IMG/VR virus record: IMGVR_UViG_3300029288_006769
Span: 314,367-378,366 of that record
Direction: 5' to 3' (one strand)
Length of the DNA stretch: 64,000 nucleotides
DNA from: a virus
A program made the translations under genes and the position numbers. How positions within the stretch are numbered: the stretch's first letter is position 1; each line of letters opens with the position of its first letter. The notes beneath the pieces were generated by a model, which had not been told where the DNA came from, ran no database searches, and saw only the letters and a list, made by a program, of their open reading frames with translations. Positions 57,884-64,000 of this stretch are shown in pieces.

Positions 57884-59019
57884 AAGTTTCCTCCAACAAC
57901 TGATCTTATAATAGACTCAGATATAATAAAAAGTTTAGAACTTTTTAAAAAATTTTTTTTCATTTTAGCATAATCTGGTAATTGACTCAAACGCAAATCC
58001 TGTGCATTTATATCTTTATCGGTTCTTTCTCTAACGAATCCAGGTTTTGAAATAGTAGCAGCAAATTGATCTTCAATTTTTTCCCAAGATTTATCTTTAA
58101 ATTCAAATGTATTGACAGGTCTATAATTCAATCTCTCGTAACTTGTTTCTATAACTTTATTCATTTTAAAAGGATCGACCCAAATAGTTCCATTTTCTTT
58201 CTTTATCTCATATTTTTTAGCAAGTTTCCACCATTCATCCCGATCAGTATCTGTAAAACCAACTCCTAAATTTATGACTTTATAAAACTGTTTCCCATCA
58301 TAAAAACCTAATATCAAAGCCCCCATACGGCCTTTATTCTTCCCACGACCTTCTTGAACAGCTAATACGCCAAGATCTAAAGTAAAAACAGGTTTAGACT
58401 TATAGATTTTTCCATCTGCCGTTCGAACAACTATACCTTCATTTTTTTCTTTTTCGACCCACTTGTTCCAAACTGATTTCAAGTCAGAAACTTTTCCGAT
58501 TTTATGATCTACTGGATAAATATGCTTCGATTTCCCAAACCATTTTTCGAGTTTTTCAAAATTTGTTTTATAATCTTCATAAGAACTTGAAACTTCTTTA
58601 TTATCAAGTTCATGAACTTCAAAAGGAAAAAATTCTATATGTTCTTCTTCACCAAGTTCTGGTTTTCTTAACGTTGATTCAGTATCGTTAAAATGTACTG
58701 GTTTTCCATGAGATGAAGTCTTTGCAAGTTCTCCAAAAATAATAGCCTGTCGAACTTTTTCTTTTTTCAAAATAGTTTCTATTTCGTTCGACACAGGCAT
58801 ATCTTGACGAATTCTACCATCTTTTGAACTGAACTTTACATCTCCTGGAGTATATTCCATGCCACCTAATTCGCCATCAATTTTTTCTGACGCGAAAATC
58901 TCTTGGTCTCCAACTTCTTTTTTGAGCTCATCAAAGCTTAAGGAGACCATACCTTGATGCTCTTTCCAGGATTGTACTTGTTTTGTTAAGCTATTAGACT
59001 TGTCAATATGGGACTTCAT
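57880..59019 (-). CDS. ATP-dependent DNA ligase
   Basis: EKIDG, IFGEL, EGIVVR, YKSKP, OB-fold EGRGK..GRMGALILG; likely start MKSH. Confidence 0.85.
   Translation of the reverse strand: MKSHIDKSNSLTKQVQSWKEHQGMVSLSFDELKKEVGDQEIFASEKIDGELGGMEYTPGDVKFSSKDGRIRQDMPVSNEIETILKKEKVRQAIIFGELAKTSSHGKPVHFNDTESTLRKPELGEEEHIEFFPFEVHELDNKEVSSSYEDYKTNFEKLEKWFGKSKHIYPVDHKIGKVSDLKSVWNKWVEKEKNEGIVVRTADGKIYKSKPVFTLDLGVLAVQEGRGKNKGRMGALILGFYDGKQFYKVINLGVGFTDTDRDEWWKLAKKYEIKKENGTIWVDPFKMNKVIETSYERLNYRPVNTFEFKDKSWEKIEDQFAATISKPGFVRERTDKDINAQDLRLSQLPDYAKMKKNFLKSSKLFIISESIIRSVVGGNL
57926..57940 (-). promoter_or_regulatory. Phage promoter motif copy inside ligase 3' end
   Basis: + strand ataaaaagtttagaa upstream of 57883. 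Confidence 0.45.
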
Positions 59020-59034
59020 GTCAAATAACAGCAA

Positions 59035-59049
59035 ATAAAAACTATAGAA
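59035..59049 (-). promoter_or_regulatory. Phage promoter motif copy
   Basis: + strand ataaaaactatagaa, 16 nt from ligase ATG. Confidence 0.65.
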
Positions 59050-59075
59050 AAGAACTAGATGTTTAGACAAACGTT

Positions 59076-59489
59076 TTAAACAGTTACAGCTTCGGCATCT
59101 ACTTCCTCAAGTATTTTTTGCAAATCATACTTGGGTTTCAATTTCATCTTATGCTGTTGTTTGTCGTATTCAAGGAAAGGATGTGGAGATTCACGCTTAT
59201 CTTTTATGAAAAGCTCGATAAACTCTTTACCACCTCGAAGAAGTTCATCTATCGATAATGTCTTGACATCAGGGTTTCCTAAGAAAAACTTTTTATCAAG
59301 ATATCCAAAATCTGCAAGAGCAATTTCAGGTTCACTTTGGCTAGTAAAATCTTCCCAAAATTTTTTTCGATCTTCAGGCGATAAAAACTCAAAATGTAGA
59401 TCGGCATGCCCTTTCCCCTTAACAGGTACCTGAGGCATTGCTTCTTTTACTATATCATCTAACAATCTATTATATTCAGCACATTTCAT
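59076..59489 (-). CDS. Hypothetical protein with LLDDIVKEA motif
   Basis: AGGAG RBS. Confidence 0.6.
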   Translation of the reverse strand: MKCAEYNRLLDDIVKEAMPQVPVKGKGHADLHFEFLSPEDRKKFWEDFTSQSEPEIALADFGYLDKKFFLGNPDVKTLSIDELLRGGKEFIELFIKDKRESPHPFLEYDKQQHKMKLKPKYDLQKILEEVDAEAVTV

Positions 59490-59517
59490 TCTATTCTCCT
59501 AACAAAATATTAAGAGA

Positions 59518-59532
59518 ATAAAAGCTTTAGAA
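59518..59532 (-). promoter_or_regulatory. Phage promoter motif copy
   Basis: + strand ataaaagctttagaa. Confidence 0.6.
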
Positions 59533-59535
59533 AAT

Positions 59536-60018
59536 CTACTGTCCAGTTGAACCAAAACCTCCCAAACCACGTGAAGTAGCATCAAGATCTTCTACTTCTA
59601 TAACAGGGAATAAACCTACAGGACAAACAACAAGTTGAGCAATCTTATCACCAACTTTTAGTTCTTGTCGCTCATGTCCTATATTTGCAATAATAATTCC
59701 AATATGTCCTCTATATTGCTGGTCAATTGTACCCGGACTATTTACAACTATAAGACCTTTGTTCAAAGCATTGCCACTTCTTGGTCTTGCTTGAATTTCC
59801 CAACCTATACCTGCAGTACCTGCAAGCCCTGTGTCAATTAAAACTCTATCATTTGTTGAAAGTATCACGTTTTGAGCACCTTCTGACATTTCCTTCAAAC
59901 CTGAAACTTCAAATTTCTTAACAAAATGATGTATGAAAACATCAGCACCAGAATCTGTTGAATTAGCACGTTCTGGCAATCTAGCATCAGCATATAACTT
60001 TTTGATTTTTAAGTTCAT
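59536..60018 (-). CDS. dut: Trimeric dUTPase
   Basis: SGAD, RPRSG, NSPGTID..YRG, KIAQL, RG.GGFGSTG. Confidence 0.95.
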   Translation of the reverse strand: MNLKIKKLYADARLPERANSTDSGADVFIHHFVKKFEVSGLKEMSEGAQNVILSTNDRVLIDTGLAGTAGIGWEIQARPRSGNALNKGLIVVNSPGTIDQQYRGHIGIIIANIGHERQELKVGDKIAQLVVCPVGLFPVIEVEDLDATSRGLGGFGSTGQ

Positions 60019-60176
60019 TATGCTCCAATCTGAATTTCTTCAAAATGTACATGTGCAGGTTTCAAACAATGAACTTTTTCCCAACATTCAAACGAACAAA
60101 ATCCATCATCAGTTTCAACATTATCAACATGATAGCTTTTATTGCATTCAGGATTTGAACAATTAGAATGAGACAT
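60018..60176 (-). CDS. Small Zn-binding protein (52 aa)
   Basis: Hand-translated CSNPEC...FCSFEC; TAATG coupling to dut. Confidence 0.55.
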   Translation of the reverse strand: MSHSNCSNPECNKSYHVDNVETDDGFCSFECWEKVHCLKPAHVHFEEIQIGA

Positions 60177-60204
60177 ACCTGCCCCCTAGTTAAAGTTTTT
60201 TATA

Positions 60205-62754
60205 TTAACCACAACCAACATAATCTGGACAATCAATACAACGTTGACAACCACCCTCCATTACAACTCTACCACCACAAACTGGGCATTTAATTCCCTT
60301 AAGCTCTATACCATCATTTAATGTTTTAGACAAAAACTTTCTAACGGCAGTAAGAAGCGTTGAAACATTATCCCCATCAATTCCCATCAAAGAAACAAGT
60401 ATGTCTTCTCTAGGGATATTGTGTCTCAAACACAAAGAAATCATACGTCCAAGTCTATTATGAGGATAATCTTCATTTGCTTTATCGACAGTCTCTTTTA
60501 CAATCTCTCTATCTATTCCGCAAGATAATGCAAGTTTAGAGAGATTTCGAGCTGCTTTATTACAAACTTTTAATTCTTCACCACCATATTGTGAATTAGT
60601 ATAGATCCAAATACAAATAGGGAATTCTTTTCTTGAATCTTCAGGAAGATATGAAAAATGTAAATAGAATTTTTTACCTTCTCTTTTTATAATATGAGTT
60701 TCACCGTTTATGAAAATGTCGGGAAGTTTTATGTCTTTTGCAATAATTTCTCGTCTTGCAGCTTTACTTATATCAGAAAGTACAGATTCCATTGAACCTT
60801 CACGATATGTCGTAAAACCATTAAGTCCAAGTTTCCATGCCTTCAAGTAAAGTTCTTTAAAATCATCAAAAGGATAGTCATTAGGAAGATTCGCTGTTTT
60901 GCTAGTACTTTGATTATTATAGAATTGAACGACTTCTTGAATTCTCAAATGATCATCAATTTTCAAATCTTTTGTTGTAACAAGATACTTTGAATGATCT
61001 TCATCAGGGAAATTATCAAGTAACCATTGATACCCGTAATCTCTTACTTTATTTATCTTGCATAAACCCCTGTTATGAGGCTCATAATAATATTCAAAAT
61101 CACTATACTCGCCCCTCCAGTATTCATAATCTTTCTCTTTATGATGTTTTAAGAGTTTTTTGACGTTGTCAGCGTCAAGTCCTTCGGGCCACTGTTGACA
61201 AATAACTTTTCTCTCATACTCAATAAGAAAAACAGGCTCAATTCCGTTTGAAGTGATATCTGAAAGCAAAGATGAGTTACCAAGCGGCGGAACAGTTGTA
61301 GTTTTTGCATTTCTTGCACCATATTTTCTCAACATTGCTCTTGTGTCGTCTGTAATTCTTACAGAATTGAAAAATTCTGTGCTCTCAAATTCAGCTTTTC
61401 TATATGCTCCAAAAACTCCTTTTTCTTTAGCAAGTAATGCTGATGTTTGCCATGTAAGATTTTCTTTTAATTGGCAAATTTTCTTAGTGAATTCAACAGC
61501 TTCTTGACTATTATAAGGAATTTTGAGCATCATTAAAGTAGAACCCAAACCATTAATCCCCATACCTATTTGACGAAGATTATCTATAACCCATTGATAA
61601 CTTGGCAGAGGTGCATAAGTAAGATCATTTACGTTGTCAAGCATTCTTGTAAAAATCTTTACATCTTTGATGTATTCGTCAAAGTCAAAATAAGTAGTTC
61701 TATCAATTTTTATATGGACATATTGAGTGAGGTTTAAAGAGCCAAGAAGACAGACAGTGCCAATAGATGCTAGACCTCCTATTTCCCCACAAGGGTTGGT
61801 CGCTGTTACTCGACCAAGATATGCAACAGGATTGTTGTGCATCATATTATCAGCAAAAAGGACACCAGGCTCTGCTCTATCATAACAAGATTGCATTATC
61901 AAGTTATAAAGTTCTCTTGCTTTAATTTTTTTGAACACAACTCCATTAAAACTCTGTTCAAAGAACTCATCGTTTTCTACAGCTCTCAAAAAATCATCAG
62001 TTAGAACAACAGAGATATTGAATTTTGTCAATACACCAGAGGTCTGTTTTGCTCTTACGAACTCTTCACAATCAGGGTGTGTAACGCTCAAGGCACCAAG
62101 CATTGCACCTTTTCTTATTGAATCTTTTATAATTTCCTTTACTTTCTCGAATTTTTCTGCTCCAAGATAGTTCTTGATTCTATCAACATAACCATCAGCA
62201 TCACCTTGAACAATACATTGAGAAACAGCGTCCCAGATTTTCATATAAGCTACAACACCAGGATGCTTGATTCCAGTACCTTTAATTATAGAACCACGAG
62301 GTCTAATAAAATCAAAGCTTACACCATAACCACCTTCAGAAGCAAGAGTTTTTGCTTGTTCTGTTATGGTTAAAAAGATATTTAACAAATCATCAGGAGA
62401 ATCATCAGTTTCATATTCAATAGGAAATTGTATGAGTTTGTTTTCTGTTTCACGTTCATATGAAACTTTTGCATTAGAAACAGGAGCAGCAACAAAACAA
62501 TTAAGTAAAGTTGCTTTCTTGTAAGTAGTCCCTACATTTGCTGTTATTCTCCCGCCAGTAGTACATTTCAATCCTACTGGTTCCCCTTCGACGATTTTTA
62601 CAAGTGTATGTAAAAAAGGCTCATACCACTCATCAGGATTTTTTTCTACAGATGCAAGGGCTCTAGCAACTCTTTGGAAAGTCTCGTATGGAGTCTCATT
62701 ACCAAATTTATATTTTGAAGCCCATATTTCTCTAGCAAGTTCAGTTTTAAACAT
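60205..62754 (-). CDS. nrdJ: Class II (B12-dependent) ribonucleotide reductase
   Basis: GGRI..N, LLNCFV, AEPGVLF, TNPCGEI, CLLGSLNL, SKTANLP, YREGS, C-terminal CPVC..EGGC..C; no beta subunit adjacent. Confidence 0.85.
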   Translation of the reverse strand: MFKTELAREIWASKYKFGNETPYETFQRVARALASVEKNPDEWYEPFLHTLVKIVEGEPVGLKCTTGGRITANVGTTYKKATLLNCFVAAPVSNAKVSYERETENKLIQFPIEYETDDSPDDLLNIFLTITEQAKTLASEGGYGVSFDFIRPRGSIIKGTGIKHPGVVAYMKIWDAVSQCIVQGDADGYVDRIKNYLGAEKFEKVKEIIKDSIRKGAMLGALSVTHPDCEEFVRAKQTSGVLTKFNISVVLTDDFLRAVENDEFFEQSFNGVVFKKIKARELYNLIMQSCYDRAEPGVLFADNMMHNNPVAYLGRVTATNPCGEIGGLASIGTVCLLGSLNLTQYVHIKIDRTTYFDFDEYIKDVKIFTRMLDNVNDLTYAPLPSYQWVIDNLRQIGMGINGLGSTLMMLKIPYNSQEAVEFTKKICQLKENLTWQTSALLAKEKGVFGAYRKAEFESTEFFNSVRITDDTRAMLRKYGARNAKTTTVPPLGNSSLLSDITSNGIEPVFLIEYERKVICQQWPEGLDADNVKKLLKHHKEKDYEYWRGEYSDFEYYYEPHNRGLCKINKVRDYGYQWLLDNFPDEDHSKYLVTTKDLKIDDHLRIQEVVQFYNNQSTSKTANLPNDYPFDDFKELYLKAWKLGLNGFTTYREGSMESVLSDISKAARREIIAKDIKLPDIFINGETHIIKREGKKFYLHFSYLPEDSRKEFPICIWIYTNSQYGGEELKVCNKAARNLSKLALSCGIDREIVKETVDKANEDYPHNRLGRMISLCLRHNIPREDILVSLMGIDGDNVSTLLTAVRKFLSKTLNDGIELKGIKCPVCGGRVVMEGGCQRCIDCPDYVGCG

Positions 62755-62795
62755 GATGATTTCCCGTCTAGTGTAAGACTAATATGGTTCTCCGA

Positions 62796-62966
62796 TTATT
62801 TAAATTCTTGTATATGTAATGAGAGGAGTTCAGCTACAAAAGCTAAAGTTTGCTTTTCTTTAGGTGTGAATTTAAATCGTTCTATTTTATCGCCTTCGAT
62901 AATATTTTCTATATTTTGTAAGGCTGTCTCAAAATCTTGTTTTTTCTCAGATAACTTTTCGCTCAT
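62796..62966 (-). CDS. Hypothetical protein
   Basis: Start MSEKL just after upstream stop. Confidence 0.5.
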   Translation of the reverse strand: MSEKLSEKKQDFETALQNIENIIEGDKIERFKFTPKEKQTLAFVAELLSLHIQEFK

Positions 62967-62967
62967 G

Positions 62968-63114
62968 TCACCCTTCTTGCATATCAACTAGTTTTGTTTC
63001 TTTATCGCCACACTTCTTACAAATAAAGACCTGCATTATCTTATGCAAGTCTTCACCAAAATTCTTACTTTCAACATCAAAATCTATCGAGCCGCATTTT
63101 TTGCAAGCGTTCAT
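62968..63114 (-). CDS. Small Zn-ribbon protein (48 aa)
   Basis: Hand-translated CKKCG...CKKCG; AGGAG RBS. Confidence 0.6.
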   Translation of the reverse strand: MNACKKCGSIDFDVESKNFGEDLHKIMQVFICKKCGDKETKLVDMQEG

Positions 63115-63242
63115 TTTTATTAATCTCCTTTAATTTATTTCTATAAAAAGGAGCAATAAAAACACTAAAAAAACAAGTCTTTTGTTTATTAATAAGAATG
63201 AGAAAAGAGAACTACGTGATGTCTGGTGAGAAAAATAATTTG

Positions 63243-63775
63243 TCAGTCTACTTCAATATCCTGATCAACTAATTTTTTAACTTCTGCAAATTCATGTTGA
63301 TCAAACCCTTTAAGCCTTGCAGTCCAATTAGGATTGTCGGGGAGACAATCCATAACATGTGCTACAGTTTCAAAACTTACTGGAGTAAAATTGTTACTGT
63401 CAACACCTACATCAAAAGATTTTCCAAAGGGCTCGAGCATACCGTGCGAGTGTCCGTATAAATGCCAAACACGCATTGCAAAATGAGATAGAACAATAGT
63501 TTTCTTTTCAATTTTAATTATATGTAAGTCATAAACTTTATCAAAAACACTACAATCATATCTATAATCATGATTCCCTACAATCAGCTCGATCCGGCCC
63601 TTCAATCTCTTTCTATAATGATAAGGGTTCTTAAAGGAGAAATCCCCAAGATGATAGACTGTGTCGCGCTCACCAACTACATTGTTCCAATTATTTATTA
63701 TTGTTTCAAAGGACGATCGCAATAATGTATAATTTTTGAATGACCAAGATGCGTGTCGGAAGTAAAGAAAATCAT
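63243..63775 (-). pseudogene. Calcineurin-like metallophosphoesterase, frameshifted
   Basis: MIFFTSDTHLGH..YCDRP in one frame; ETIINNWN..HLGDF, GNHD, GHSH in another. Confidence 0.75.
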
Positions 63776-64000
63776 TGTAGGAGTTCTCTATTTTCTATTA
63801 AGACTTTCTCATATAATTTTTCACCTAAAATGTCTCGAGCAAGAAGTTGCTTTTGTTTGAAATCTAGTATAGTACAAATACCTTCTTCAAATAACTTTCT
63901 TACTCTTACTCCGCCAATACCCCTCAGAGAACAAAGTTCGGTTTGTTTATCCGTAATTTCGTATTCTATTCTTAATTGAAGTTTTCTCCAAAAATCAGAT
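63772..64000 (-). CDS. C-terminal HhH region, probably of a Ski2/Hel308-like helicase (partial)
   Basis: Hand-translated LQLRIEY...ELCSLRGIGGVRVRKLFEEGI. Confidence 0.55.
   Translation of the reverse strand, partial: SDFWRKLQLRIEYEITDKQTELCSLRGIGGVRVRKLFEEGICTILDFKQKQLLARDILGEKLYEKVLIENRELLQ

Noticed and set aside
1-64000. Eukaryotic giant virus origin (collagen, RCC1, GTs)
   Set aside because: Shine-Dalgarno sites, coupled operons, terminase/portal, sigma-like factor and peptidoglycan endolysin indicate a bacteriophage
1-64000. Stop-codon reassignment
   Set aside because: Long conserved genes are intact in code 11, and TAA, TAG and TGA all terminate genes
1-64000. tRNA or rRNA genes
   Set aside because: No cloverleaf or rRNA-like sequence recognised in the few intergenic gaps; a tRNAscan run would confirm

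Overview
This is a 64-kb segment of a large, AT-rich tailed dsDNA bacteriophage (jumbo-phage-like, standard code 11, GGAG-type RBSs), almost entirely on the minus strand. From right to left it encodes: (1) nucleotide metabolism (helicase C-terminus, broken metallophosphoesterase, class II RNR, dUTPase); (2) a probable late operon mixing lysis genes with separately encoded LigD-type ligase, primase-polymerase and phosphoesterase; (3) a SLOG protein, UDG, Zn-ribbon proteins and a sigma-like factor; (4) the head module (TerL, portal, prohead protease, scaffold, two decoration paralogs, HK97-fold MCP); (5) three Thr-rich collagen-like fibre genes, each paired with an RCC1 propeller gene, around a glycosyl/methyltransferase cluster, with 8.0-23.0 kb on the plus strand; (6) small genes and probable neck genes. 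Main observations: a shared IA(D/N)EIL helix plus K-x-A sites on many unrelated proteins, weakly present on the end-joining enzymes and the sigma-like factor, suggests a virion cargo-tagging system. One multidomain glycosyltransferase appears split into four translationally coupled pieces by inserted genes. There are stand-alone copies of the capsid A-domain, and a recurrent 15-bp phage promoter motif. All family calls come from motif recognition by eye; no database searches were run.
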